NCBI RefSeq assembly: GCF_038095605.1
Contig: NZ_CP144380.1
From: Gaopeijia maritima
GTDB taxonomy: Bacteria > Gemmatimonadota > Gemmatimonadetes > Longimicrobiales > Gaopeijiaceae
Length of the DNA stretch: 64,000 nt
Direction: 5' to 3' (one strand)
Numbering within the stretch: position 1 is the first letter of the stretch; every line of letters starts with the position of its first letter. The position numbers and the translations under genes are program-made. This document shows positions 53,191 through 62,952 of the stretch, one piece after another. The notes under the pieces were generated by a model. It saw nothing but the letters and a program-made list of their open reading frames with translations, had not been told where the DNA came from and ran no database searches.

Positions 53191-54306
53191 TCAGCGCGCC
53201 GAAGCGATCCGCCCGCCGCCCAGTACCGCGTCGTCGCCGTCGAACACCACGGCGGATTGACCCGGCGTGACGGCGCGCTGCGCGTCGGAGAAGTCGAGGG
53301 TCAGCACATCGCCCCGGCAGGATCGCACCCGCGCGGCGACGCCGGGGGCGCGGTGGCGGATCTGCACCCGCAGCTCCGTACCCGGGGCGGGCACCGGCTG
53401 CAGCCAGTTCATCTCCTCCACCTCGAGGGCGGTCGAGGTCAGGGCGGAGCGCGGGCCGACCACCACCTCGCGGCTGTCCGGCCGCACCTCGATCACGAAC
53501 ATCGGCTCCGAGAACCCCCCGCCGAGCCCCTTCCGCTGACCGACGGTGAAGCCGGCATACCCGTCGTGCTGCCCGAGCACCCGACCGTCGACGGTCACGA
53601 GCGGACCCGGCTCGAGCGCCGGATGGCGCGGCTCGAGACGCTTGCGCAGCAGGTCGCGATAGTCGCCGGTCGGCACGAAGCAGATCTCCTGCGACTCGGG
53701 CTTCTCCGCGGTCACGAGGCCGAGCTCGCGCGCCCGCTCGCGCACCTCGGGCTTGGTCATCGACCCGAGAGGGAAGAGCAGGCGGGAGATGAGCTCCGGA
53801 GGGAGTCCCCAGAGAAAGTACGCCTGGTCCTTGTTCGCATCGGCGCCCCGCAGCAGCCGGCTGCCGTCGGCGTCGTGCTCCACCCGCACGTAGTGCCCCG
53901 TGGCGATGGCGCGGCAGCCGAGCTGGTCGCCGCGCGCCATGAGATCGCGAAACTTCGTGTTGGCGTTACAGCGGACGCAGGGATTCGGGGTGCGGCCACG
54001 GGCGTACTCGCGCACGAAATCGTCGATCACGTCGCGGGTGAAATCCTCCTCCACGTTGAAGACGTAGTGGGGGATCCCGAGGCGGTCCGACACCCGGCGG
54101 GCATCGAGAATGCCGTCGAGCCCGCAGCAGGTCTTGCCGTGGTCGCCCACGCCGTCGTAGCAGAAGGTCTTCATCGTGACCCCCACCACCTCGTAGCCCT
54201 GCTCCACGAGGAGCGCCGCGGCCACCGACGAGTCCACGCCACCCGACATGGCCACGAGCACCCGGTCGCCGGGGCGGGCGCCGCCGGTCCGAGCGGGAGA
54301 GATCAT
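53191..54306 (-). CDS. mnmA: tRNA-specific 2-thiouridylase MnmA
   Basis: PP-loop SGGVDSS, catalytic cysteines, full-length MnmA similarity; start overlaps the iscS stop (ATGA). Confidence 0.9.
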   Translation of the reverse strand: MISPARTGGARPGDRVLVAMSGGVDSSVAAALLVEQGYEVVGVTMKTFCYDGVGDHGKTCCGLDGILDARRVSDRLGIPHYVFNVEEDFTRDVIDDFVREYARGRTPNPCVRCNANTKFRDLMARGDQLGCRAIATGHYVRVEHDADGSRLLRGADANKDQAYFLWGLPPELISRLLFPLGSMTKPEVRERARELGLVTAEKPESQEICFVPTGDYRDLLRKRLEPRHPALEPGPLVTVDGRVLGQHDGYAGFTVGQRKGLGGGFSEPMFVIEVRPDSREVVVGPRSALTSTALEVEEMNWLQPVPAPGTELRVQIRHRAPGVAARVRSCRGDVLTLDFSDAQRAVTPGQSAVVFDGDDAVLGGGRIASAR

Positions 54307-55463
54307 CCGTCGTGCGGGCGCAGCCGCTCGACCACCCGGATCACGATGTCGGCGGCGCGATCGACGTCGGCGTCGGTGGTGGTGCGCCCGAAGGAGAAGC
54401 GGATCGCGGATCGGGCGTCGTCGCCGTACATGGCTTCGAGCACGTGGCTGCCCCCGGTCGAGCCCGACTGGCAGGCCGAGCCCCCGGAGACCGCGAGGCC
54501 CTCGAGGTCGAGCGAGATGGTGAGCATCTGCCCGTCGATGTTCGCGATACCGACGTTGGTGACGTGGGGGGAGCGACGGGCGTCGCCTCCGTGGATGCGC
54601 AGGTCGGCGATCGCCGCGGATAGCCGACCCTCGAGCCGCTGCCGCAGCGACTCGTAGCGGGACATGAGCTCGGCCTGCTCGGCCACGGCCAGACAGACCG
54701 CCTCCGCGAGCCCCACGGCGCCGGCCACGTCCTGCGTGCCCGGGCGGAGCCCACGCTCCTGGCCGCCCCCGTGCAATCTCGGGTCGAGGGGGGTGTCCTG
54801 ATGCACCAGCAGCGCTCCGGTGCTCTTGGGACCGTAGATCTTGTGGCCGGTGACCGAGAGACAGGCCACACCGGAGCGTTCGAAGTGCACCGGCACCTTG
54901 CCGACGGCCTGCACCGCGTCGGTGTGCACCGGCACCCCGGCCTCCGCTGCGCGCGCGGCCACCTCGGGCACGGGCTGGACCACGCCGGTCTCGTTGTTCA
55001 CCCACATGAGCGAGACCAGACAGGGGTGCTCGTCGAGGGCGCGATCGAGGGCCTCGAGGTCGATCACCCCGCTGCGCAGCACGGGAAGCACCACGGCCCG
55101 GCCACCCCGGGCGGCCACGCTCCGTGCGGCGTCGAGCACCGCCTTGTGCTCCGTGGCGGAGGTGACGATGCAGGGGGCCCCCCCGGCCGCACGGGTCGCC
55201 TCGGCCCGGCCCAGAATGGCGAGGTTGTCCGACTCCGTGCCGCCGCGCACGAACACCACGTCGCGGTGGCGGGCCCCGAGCGCTTCGGCGATGCGGGCGC
55301 GCGATTCCTCGAGGGCGCCCCGCGCGGCCCGGCCCCAGCGATGGGGCGAGGACGGGTTGCCGAACTGCACGGCGTAGTAGGGCTCCATCGCCGCCCGGAC
55401 TTCGTCGCGGAGCGGCGTGGTGGCGGCATAGTCGAGGTAGATCGGATCCACGGGCGCGTTCAT
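54303..55463 (-). CDS. iscS: cysteine desulfurase (IscS/NifS family, class V aminotransferase)
   Basis: PLP-lysine motif SVTGHKIYGPKSTGAL and active-site Cys loop SGGSACQSG; directly upstream of, and coupled to, mnmA. Confidence 0.85.
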   Translation of the reverse strand: MNAPVDPIYLDYAATTPLRDEVRAAMEPYYAVQFGNPSSPHRWGRAARGALEESRARIAEALGARHRDVVFVRGGTESDNLAILGRAEATRAAGGAPCIVTSATEHKAVLDAARSVAARGGRAVVLPVLRSGVIDLEALDRALDEHPCLVSLMWVNNETGVVQPVPEVAARAAEAGVPVHTDAVQAVGKVPVHFERSGVACLSVTGHKIYGPKSTGALLVHQDTPLDPRLHGGGQERGLRPGTQDVAGAVGLAEAVCLAVAEQAELMSRYESLRQRLEGRLSAAIADLRIHGGDARRSPHVTNVGIANIDGQMLTISLDLEGLAVSGGSACQSGSTGGSHVLEAMYGDDARSAIRFSFGRTTTDADVDRAADIVIRVVERLRPHDG

Positions 55464-55568
55464 GTCGTTAACATAATACAACGGCACCTTTCGTAACCCT
55501 CCGGCCCCTTCACTTCCATCGACGAACCCGCCGACCGCTTCGAGCTTCCCTCCACCTTCCGCGCGACG

Positions 55569-55859
55569 GTGCACGGCACCGTGTTCGGGGAGCGCAGCCG
55601 CCACCTCGACGCCCTCAAACGCGGGGATCCGGTGGTGGTGCTTCCGGACCCGCCGGGTGAACCGGAGCCGGGGGTGTGGGTGCATCTGCCGACGGGCGAG
55701 CCGGTCGGACACCTGCCGCCCGAGATCGCGCGCTGGCTGTGGCCCTGGCTCGCGCGCGGGGGCACGGCCGTGGGCCGGGCGCTCGCGGTGCACGGCTCGG
55801 AGGTGCCGAGCTGGCGCCGACTCGTGGTGGAGGTGGACTGCCGCACCGGTACGGGCTGA
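55569..55859 (+). CDS. hypothetical small protein, possibly HIRAN-like
   Basis: GTG start; weak resemblance to HIRAN-type small beta domains (…GEPVGHLPPEIARWLWPWLARGG…); the upstream in-frame sequence (RFELPSTFRATV) has no start codon. Confidence 0.35.
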   Translation: MHGTVFGERSRHLDALKRGDPVVVLPDPPGEPEPGVWVHLPTGEPVGHLPPEIARWLWPWLARGGTAVGRALAVHGSEVPSWRRLVVEVDCRTGTG

Positions 55860-55880
55860 CGCGCGGGTCGCGGGGCGGCC

Positions 55881-57161
55881 CTACTCGGCCCGCAGCGCCT
55901 CGACCGGCTGCAGCCGGGCGGCCCGGTAGGCGGGGATCAGCCCGAAGAGCATGCCGGTGAGCGCGGCCGAGGCCAGGGCGGCGCCCACGGACCAGATCGG
56001 GATGCGTGCGGGGATCGGAGTGAAGTGGGCGGTCGCGTAGGCCAGCGTGCCGCCGATGATCAGGCCCGCGGCACCGCCGAGCATGGTCAGCACCCCGGCC
56101 TCCACCAGGAACTGCCAGAGGATCTCGCGCCGGGTGGCGCCGAGGGCCTTCCGCACTCCGATCTCGCGGGTGCGCTCGGTGACGGAGATCAGCATGATGC
56201 CGATCACCCCCACGCCGCCCACCAGAAGTCCCGCCGACGACAGCGCCAACATCACCAGAAAGAACACCCCGGTCAGCCGGTTGAACGAGTCGACCAGCTG
56301 GGCCGATTGGAGGATCGCGAAGTTGTTGTCGTCTCTCGGGCCGAGTCCGCGCGCTGAACGGAGTGCGGCGATCACCTCGTCCCTGGACTGCGACGACGTG
56401 TAGGTGGAGTCGGGCACCACCAGAATCTGCGACTGGGAGTCGTCGGCCTTCAGTCGCTTCAGTCCGGCGGTGTAGGGCACCACGAGCCAGTGCTCCACTG
56501 CGGACGAGAAGATGTTCTCGTCGGGGAGGAAGACCCCGACGACGCGGAAGTCGTCGCGCACGTCGCGGAACGGACTCGAGAGTCGCACCGTCTTGCCGAT
56601 CGGGTCGAGCTGGCCGAAGAGCTCGATGGCCAGCGCCTCGGAGATCACCACCACGGCGCGCGACTCGCGCACCTCGGCGGGGGTGAAGTCGCGACCGGCC
56701 ACGAAATCGCCCTGGGCGTACCGGGGCCAACCGGCGGAGTAGCCCTGCCCGTTGATGTTCGTGAGCTGCTGGCTGCCCGACTCGATGTTCGTGGAGAACT
56801 GGAAGTTGTAGAGCGCCTCGTCGATCGCCGAGAGCCGTCCGATCCGCTCGGCCTCCTCGGGGGTGATGATCGGCTTGTCCCACCAGGGGGGGCGGCCGTC
56901 TCCGGAGTCGAAGAGCACGGCGGTGAAGTCGAATCGCACCACGATGAAGTTCTCCGGCCCCGCCGACTCGAAGGCCTCGAGCACCGAGGAGCGAATCCCG
57001 GTGATGAGGGCCGCCATGATCACGACCACGGCCACGCCGATGCCGACGCCGAGGATCGTGAGTCCGGCGCGGATCCGGTTCGCGCGGATCGCCTCGAGGG
57101 CGATGACCACGCCCTCCTTCAGTACGGTCAGCGGGCCGGCGCCCGTGGATCGCTCACTCAT
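55881..57161 (-). CDS. ABC transporter permease, FtsX/MacB-type (no ATPase domain)
   Basis: N-terminal TM, large periplasmic domain, C-terminal 3-TM FtsX module with the conserved …ERTREIGVRKALGA… motif. Confidence 0.75.
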   Translation of the reverse strand: MSERSTGAGPLTVLKEGVVIALEAIRANRIRAGLTILGVGIGVAVVVIMAALITGIRSSVLEAFESAGPENFIVVRFDFTAVLFDSGDGRPPWWDKPIITPEEAERIGRLSAIDEALYNFQFSTNIESGSQQLTNINGQGYSAGWPRYAQGDFVAGRDFTPAEVRESRAVVVISEALAIELFGQLDPIGKTVRLSSPFRDVRDDFRVVGVFLPDENIFSSAVEHWLVVPYTAGLKRLKADDSQSQILVVPDSTYTSSQSRDEVIAALRSARGLGPRDDNNFAILQSAQLVDSFNRLTGVFFLVMLALSSAGLLVGGVGVIGIMLISVTERTREIGVRKALGATRREILWQFLVEAGVLTMLGGAAGLIIGGTLAYATAHFTPIPARIPIWSVGAALASAALTGMLFGLIPAYRAARLQPVEALRAE

Positions 57162-58395
57162 GGCGCAGCGCGTCGACCGGATCGAGCTTCGAAGCCTGGG
57201 CCGCCGGGTACACCCCGGCCACCACGCCGACGGTGATGCCCAGCACGACCCCGAGGGTCACCCACTGAGGCGCCACGACGGCGGGCAGGGGCGAGATGGC
57301 ACGCACGAGACCGGCGAGCCCGGTGCCTGCGGCGACCCCCGCGAGCGCGCCCAGCGTGGACAGGGTGGCCGACTCCACGAGCACCTGAGAGAGAATGTCG
57401 CGCCGGCGCGCTCCGAGAGCCTTGCGCACCCCGATCTCGCGGGTGCGCTCCATCACCGACACCAGCATGATGTTCATGATCACGATCCCGCCGACCACCA
57501 GAGAGATGGCCACGAGGCCGGGCAGGGCCGTGAAGAGGATCGTCGAGATGCGATCCCAGAAGCTGAGCGAGTCGTCGGCCGTCTCCGCAGCGAAGTCGTT
57601 GTCCTCGCTCGGACGCAGCCGGTGCCGCACCCGCATCACCCCCTCCACCTCGGACTGGATCGCCCGCACGTCGGCCGGGTCGATGGCCTGCACCAGCACC
57701 TCGTCCACGAAACCGCGCGGGGCCACGAGCGAGCGGAGCGGTGAGCGGGCCGGGGCCACGAGCTGGTTGTCGAGCGACTGGCCGAAGAGCGAGCCCTTCT
57801 CCTCGAGCACCCCCACCACCCGGTAGGGAAACCCGTTGACCCGCACCGACCGCCCGATGGGGTCGATGCCCTCGAAGAGCAGGTCGGCCGTCTCCGAGCC
57901 GAGTACCGCCACCGGCACGCCCTGCTGGTTCTCCTGCACGGTGAAGGCCCGGCCGCGGTCCACCTGCCAGTCGCGGATCAGGAACACCTCCGGCGAGGCC
58001 CCGACGAACTGCACGTTCGACACGGTGCGGCCGTTGTCGCCGGTCACCTCGCCGCCACCGCCGGAGTACACCCCGACGCGGGCGGGAAGGGTGAGGGCCT
58101 CGCGGATGGCGTCGGCGTCGTCCTCGGTGATGCGCGGCCGCCGGGCGCGCCGCCGCCACTCCTCCGGGTCCACGTTGATGTTCACCTGGGGGGTGCGTCG
58201 CACGGTGACGGTGTTCACCCCGAAGATCTGAGAGGAGAAGTCTTCCTTGATGTACCGGTCCATGCCCTCGACCACGCTGACCACCACGATCAGGAACATG
58301 ACTCCGATGATCACCCCCAGCACGCTGAAGAAACTCTTCAGCTTCTGGGTCGCGATCTGGGTCATCGCCAGGCGGACTCCCTCCCAGAACTGCAT
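57154..58395 (-). CDS. ABC transporter permease, FtsX/MacB-type (second copy)
   Basis: Same architecture and motif (ERTREIGVRKALGA); overlaps the downstream permease by 8 nt. Confidence 0.75.
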   Translation of the reverse strand: MQFWEGVRLAMTQIATQKLKSFFSVLGVIIGVMFLIVVVSVVEGMDRYIKEDFSSQIFGVNTVTVRRTPQVNINVDPEEWRRRARRPRITEDDADAIREALTLPARVGVYSGGGGEVTGDNGRTVSNVQFVGASPEVFLIRDWQVDRGRAFTVQENQQGVPVAVLGSETADLLFEGIDPIGRSVRVNGFPYRVVGVLEEKGSLFGQSLDNQLVAPARSPLRSLVAPRGFVDEVLVQAIDPADVRAIQSEVEGVMRVRHRLRPSEDNDFAAETADDSLSFWDRISTILFTALPGLVAISLVVGGIVIMNIMLVSVMERTREIGVRKALGARRRDILSQVLVESATLSTLGALAGVAAGTGLAGLVRAISPLPAVVAPQWVTLGVVLGITVGVVAGVYPAAQASKLDPVDALRHE

Positions 58396-58413
58396 GCTCG
58401 ACCGCGCTCCGCC

Positions 58414-59655
58414 TCAGTCGCCCGAGGGGCCGGAGCCGGCCGGCCCGTCCTCGCGCTGGACGGGGTCGCCGTCCTGGAGCGTGCGGATGGTCTGGTAGGG
58501 ACCCGACACCACGGTCTCGCCCTCGGAGAGTCCCTCCACCACCTCGAAGTACTCGGCGCCGGCGATGCCGACGGTGGCCCGCCGGAAGCTGGCGATCCCG
58601 TTCTCGACCACGAACACCCCCTCCATCTCGGCCGCGGCGCCCTCTCCGGCGCGCGCGGTGTCTTCGCGCACCGTCAGCGCGATGATCGGCACGGCGATGG
58701 CGGCGGGGCGCAGGTCGGTGACGATGTCGGCGGTGGCCGACAGGTCGGGACGCAGGTCGGCGTCGGTGGGATCGAGGGTCAGCACCACCTCGAAGTCGAT
58801 GGCCTGCTGCTGCCCGGCCGCCGCGTTCGACGACGGCGGACGGATCGCCGAGTTGCCGATCTCGGTCACGCGGGCGGTGAACTCGCGGTCGGGGAAGGCG
58901 TCGATCTCCACCGAGGCGGAGTCGCCCAGGGCGAGGCGCGGCACATCGGTCTCGTCCATCTGCACCACCACCTCGACCACCGCGAGGTCGGAAATGGTGA
59001 GGATCAGCGACCCGGGGTTGTTCATCGTCCCCATCACGACCGTCTCACCCACCTCCACGTTGAGGCGCGTGACCTTGCCGGCGATGGGGGCCCGGAACAC
59101 CGTCTTCGCGAGTCGGTCTTCCGCCTCCTCGAGCGCGGCCTGCGCCACCTGCACCCCGTACTCGGCCGAGTCCATGTTGGCGCGGGCCACCTCGAGGTTG
59201 GTCTCCGCATCCTCCACCTGCTGGCGGCTCACGAGCAGCGAATCGCGGACCCATAGACTCCGGATCCGCTCGTACTCCCGGCTCTGACGGGTGAGGTTGG
59301 CGCGCTGCTGCGACGCCTGTGCCTCCGCCTGGCTCACGCTGGCCTGAGCGCGCGCGCGGGCGGCCTCGAGCTGGGTGCGGTCGAGGCGGAGGAGCACGTC
59401 GCCCTCCTCCACCTCGTCGCCTTCCTGCACCAGAAGGTCGGCCACCCGTGCCGCGACGTCGGAGCTGATGTCCACCGAACGGCGCGCGCGGATGTTTCCG
59501 CTCGCCGTGACGGTGGCGACGAGATCCCGTCTCTGGATCTCCTCCATCCGCACTCCAACCCCTCTGCCCGAGCCACCGCGGAGAGCCATCGCGGCGGCGG
59601 TGCCGAGCACCGCCACCACGGCGAGTCCCACGAGTCCCTTCTGCAATCCCGTCAT
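58414..59655 (-). CDS. efflux transporter periplasmic adaptor subunit (HlyD/MacA membrane-fusion protein family)
   Basis: N-terminal signal anchor, biotinyl/lipoyl-like hairpin region, coiled-coil with Q/A/E-rich segment, beta-barrel domains. Confidence 0.8.
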   Translation of the reverse strand: MTGLQKGLVGLAVVAVLGTAAAMALRGGSGRGVGVRMEEIQRRDLVATVTASGNIRARRSVDISSDVAARVADLLVQEGDEVEEGDVLLRLDRTQLEAARARAQASVSQAEAQASQQRANLTRQSREYERIRSLWVRDSLLVSRQQVEDAETNLEVARANMDSAEYGVQVAQAALEEAEDRLAKTVFRAPIAGKVTRLNVEVGETVVMGTMNNPGSLILTISDLAVVEVVVQMDETDVPRLALGDSASVEIDAFPDREFTARVTEIGNSAIRPPSSNAAAGQQQAIDFEVVLTLDPTDADLRPDLSATADIVTDLRPAAIAVPIIALTVREDTARAGEGAAAEMEGVFVVENGIASFRRATVGIAGAEYFEVVEGLSEGETVVSGPYQTIRTLQDGDPVQREDGPAGSGPSGD

Positions 59656-59671
59656 GAATGTCCCCGTTGGA

Positions 59672-61204
59672 TCAGTTGCCGCGCAGACTCTGCCCGACCA
59701 CCGCTTCGAGATTCGTCAGCGCGTCGTGATACGCGTAGACGGCGTTCAACAGATCGCGGTCCGCCTGGACCTTGACCGTTTCCGCTTCCACGAGATCGAG
59801 GAAGGGGATCAGGCCGACCCGGTACTGCTCGCGTGCGAGGCGCAGCTGCTCGTCGGCGTAGTCCTGATTCCGCTCCTCGAGCTCGACGCTGCGATACGCG
59901 GTTTCGAGCTGGGCGAGTCGGATCGCGACGTCGGCCTGCAGCGCGATCTCCTGCTCACGCAACTGATACTCGGTGTCGTCGAGCCGGGCCTGCGCCACTT
60001 CCACCTGCTGCTGGCGCGCGAAGCCCTGGAAGATCGGCACGCTGATCGACAGCGACGCGCTCGGGGGCGAGCGGGTGAAGTCGAAGGGGAAGACGTCGTT
60101 GCCCGAGATGATCTGCTGCCGGTCGGCGTCGGAGAAGGTGAGGCCGGAACAGTCGAGGGAGGGCAGCGGATCGGCGAGTCGCGAGTAGAGCTCGTTCGTG
60201 TTCTGGCAGCTCGCGAAGCTCGACGCCGACGACGCCTGGGCCTGTGCGACCAGGAGGTCGGTGTTGCTCGCCTGCCGTGTGAATCCGCTCCAGCCGACGC
60301 TCAGGTTGAGCGAAGGGAAGTACGAGGAGCGCGCCGAGCCCACACCGTCGCGGGCGGCGTCTCGGCCGAACCGGCGGGACTGCAGCACCGGGTTGGTGCC
60401 GAGCGCCATGTCGAGCAGATCGGCCTCGGACCAGGTCGGCGGACTCACCTCGAAGGCGGTGGTCAGAGCCACCGCGGGCGAGGGCCGCAGGCCGATCGTC
60501 TGAAGCAAACGGAAGGTAGCCGTGGCGACGGAGTTTTCCGCCTGGATGAGGGCCACTTCGGCACGACCGACCTGCACCTCGGCCTGGTTCACCGCCAGCC
60601 CCGTGGCCGAGCCGACCTCCGCCTGACCCTGCACGAGCCGGAGGTTGAATTCGGCCCGTTCGAGCTGCTGACCCGCGAGCTCGACGGCCTCCTTCTGGCG
60701 GAGCACGTCGAGGTACGACAGGGTCACCCGCGTGTCGAGGTCGAGGCGGGCCTGGTCGATCGCCGCCGCGGTCTGGTCCCGGTTGGCCTTGGCGGCCGAC
60801 AGCCCGTAGAAGACGGCCCCGTTGATCGAGTAGCCGAGCCCCAGGCTGTAGTTGCTCGTGTAGTAGTTGGGCTGCGTGCCCACCCCGAGGTCCTGCAGGG
60901 TGAGGTTGCCGATTCGCTGCGCTCCCGACCCCTGCCATCCGAGACCGGCCGAGGCGCTGGCCGAGGGCAGCAGCTGCCCGTAGGCGGCCTTCACCCCCCA
61001 CTCGGCCGCCGACAGATCGTTCTGCGCGGCCATGTAGCCCGGGTTGTGCCGCCGGGCGAGCTCGATGGCTTCGTCGAGCGAGAGGAAGGCGGGAGCGGTG
61101 GGCACGCCCTGGCCCTGGAGCGGGAGCGCGGGGGCGAGCGCGAGGAGGAGGACCGGGAGCAGACCGAGGGTCCGCCTGATCGTCCACGGGTGCGCAGGGA
61201 ACAC
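59672..61204 (-). CDS. TolC-family outer membrane efflux protein
   Basis: Signal peptide (RRTLGLLPVLLLALAPALPLQGQ) then two OEP repeats; start assigned to a GTG because no in-frame ATG precedes the signal peptide. Confidence 0.7.
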   Translation of the reverse strand: MFPAHPWTIRRTLGLLPVLLLALAPALPLQGQGVPTAPAFLSLDEAIELARRHNPGYMAAQNDLSAAEWGVKAAYGQLLPSASASAGLGWQGSGAQRIGNLTLQDLGVGTQPNYYTSNYSLGLGYSINGAVFYGLSAAKANRDQTAAAIDQARLDLDTRVTLSYLDVLRQKEAVELAGQQLERAEFNLRLVQGQAEVGSATGLAVNQAEVQVGRAEVALIQAENSVATATFRLLQTIGLRPSPAVALTTAFEVSPPTWSEADLLDMALGTNPVLQSRRFGRDAARDGVGSARSSYFPSLNLSVGWSGFTRQASNTDLLVAQAQASSASSFASCQNTNELYSRLADPLPSLDCSGLTFSDADRQQIISGNDVFPFDFTRSPPSASLSISVPIFQGFARQQQVEVAQARLDDTEYQLREQEIALQADVAIRLAQLETAYRSVELEERNQDYADEQLRLAREQYRVGLIPFLDLVEAETVKVQADRDLLNAVYAYHDALTNLEAVVGQSLRGN

Positions 61205-61392
61205 GGATACCTCCGGCAGATGTACGGGGGTGTCAGAATGTGGATCGACAGCTCGATCCAGGACGAACGAACGGCGGTCGTCGCTTGTCGGTACGGCCGG
61301 AGCCAACCCCCGTACGGCCCGCGTCACGCGCGGGTTTCACGAGGGGGTCGCCGCCATATACGAAGAGGCACGGCGGGTTCTTCACGAGCCGG

Positions 61393-62121
61393 TCAGGACC
61401 CGGAAGGTAACCGCTCGGCCCGGAAGTCCAGACCGGGGAGTTCCACTCGGAGCACGCGGCCCTGGTCGTCGACCCAGAGATCGCGGATCACGCCGCCGCC
61501 CTGGAGGCGGAGATGGCGCGACTGCAGCTGCTCGCCCCCCAACTGGAAGGGCTCGGGCTCCGACGAGACGACCTCGAGCCGAGCCTGCTCCCCCTCGGCG
61601 GGCACCAGCACGACGAGGGGTGTGGAAGCCTCGTCCGCGAAACGGGCGAGGAAATAGTAGTGATGCGCGATGTAGTTCTCGAGAACGGACGTTCTCGGGG
61701 CCGCGCGGTACTCGCGCTGTAGATCTCCCTCGGGGGCGCTCATCCGACTCACGTACCGGTTGCCGTCGAGCACCACCGACAACTCGGCCGAGCGCGAGCC
61801 GGTCATCTCGTTCTGATACCTCGTGAGAACGAAGTCCGGTCGCGTCTCCAGCGCGGGGCGCATCTCGACACCGTCGTAGGAGATCGTGCCGGAGGCGAGC
61901 AGGCGTGCGTCGTTGCCCATGCCCACGCGATGAATCGTGAACGTTTCCGTGCCCACCTCGCGACCGCCCCGGAAAAGGGCGAACCGACCCTCGTCGAGGG
62001 TGACGTTCTGCCCGACGAGCGGCGCGGCGGTCGCGACCAGGGCGAGGAGGGCGACGATCCCCCGGAGGGGCGAAAACGGAGGGTGGGACATCGGAGCGGA
62101 GCGGTCCTTGTCGAGGAACAT
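61393..62121 (-). CDS. hypothetical secreted protein (242 aa)
   Basis: Signal peptide IVALLALVATAAPLVGQ; no domain recognised. Confidence 0.45.
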   Translation of the reverse strand: MFLDKDRSAPMSHPPFSPLRGIVALLALVATAAPLVGQNVTLDEGRFALFRGGREVGTETFTIHRVGMGNDARLLASGTISYDGVEMRPALETRPDFVLTRYQNEMTGSRSAELSVVLDGNRYVSRMSAPEGDLQREYRAAPRTSVLENYIAHHYYFLARFADEASTPLVVLVPAEGEQARLEVVSSEPEPFQLGGEQLQSRHLRLQGGGVIRDLWVDDQGRVLRVELPGLDFRAERLPSGS

Positions 62122-62152
62122 CGATATGAATCGCTGTACCCGGAGGCGGGGG

Positions 62153-62941
62153 TCAGGGTCCGGGCTCGGCGGCGGGCGCGTCGCCGTTCGAAAGCAGGGC
62201 GACGAGGTCGTCGATCCAGCTGTCGAGAATGGCCCCGCCCCGCGCGGCGTCGGCGGCGCTCGGTCGACCGATCACTCCACCCGACGACTCCGGGGGTGTG
62301 AGCGGACGCCCGCCGAAGTACCTTCGAAGCTGTCGACCCTCCGCCGGGGCGTCGTGCACCGCCTCGGAACGCACGAGGTCGGGTCGAAGGTAGAGTAGGA
62401 GGGAGGTCTCCACCTCCCCCGCATGTTCCGGTTCTCCCGCACCCGCCCGGTGGCGCGACACGTCGAGGGCGAAGAGGTCGATCACGGTGGTTCGCGCATC
62501 GGAGGTGAGCGCCATGAGCAGGGCATCCATGTGGGGCTCACTGCGGCTTGCGGTCACCACAAGGAACTCGCTCACCCCGTGATCCTCCCACGACGAGAAC
62601 AGTTCGTTCACCGCCCTGTGCAGCGTCTTGCGGCGGACTCCGGCGGTGCCCGGAAAGCGGTCCGACCCGCGGAGATTGACTCCGTAACCGAAGGTCGGCG
62701 CCCGCAGGATTCCGAGTCGGTGCGACAGGCGACGCACCACGTGCTCGGCGATCAGGGTGCCCGTGCCGAGCGGCAGGTGGGGACCGTGCTGCTCCAGGGA
62801 ACCCACCGCGAGCAGGAGCCGGGGATCGCGAGCGAGGTGCCGCCGCACGGCGGGCCAGGGAAGCCGATCGAGAGCGTGTGCGTCGAGTTCCGGCTCCCGA
62901 GCCGGGGTCCAGGGCGAGGTGGGCGGGTCGACTCGATCCAT
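62153..62941 (-). CDS. creatininase (creatinine amidohydrolase) family protein
   Basis: Conserved GSLEQHGPHLPLGTD-type metal-binding N-terminus and the family's C-terminal E/H residues. Confidence 0.7.
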   Translation of the reverse strand: MDRVDPPTSPWTPAREPELDAHALDRLPWPAVRRHLARDPRLLLAVGSLEQHGPHLPLGTGTLIAEHVVRRLSHRLGILRAPTFGYGVNLRGSDRFPGTAGVRRKTLHRAVNELFSSWEDHGVSEFLVVTASRSEPHMDALLMALTSDARTTVIDLFALDVSRHRAGAGEPEHAGEVETSLLLYLRPDLVRSEAVHDAPAEGRQLRRYFGGRPLTPPESSGGVIGRPSAADAARGGAILDSWIDDLVALLSNGDAPAAEPGP

Positions 62942-62952
62942 GGGGTTCGCAG

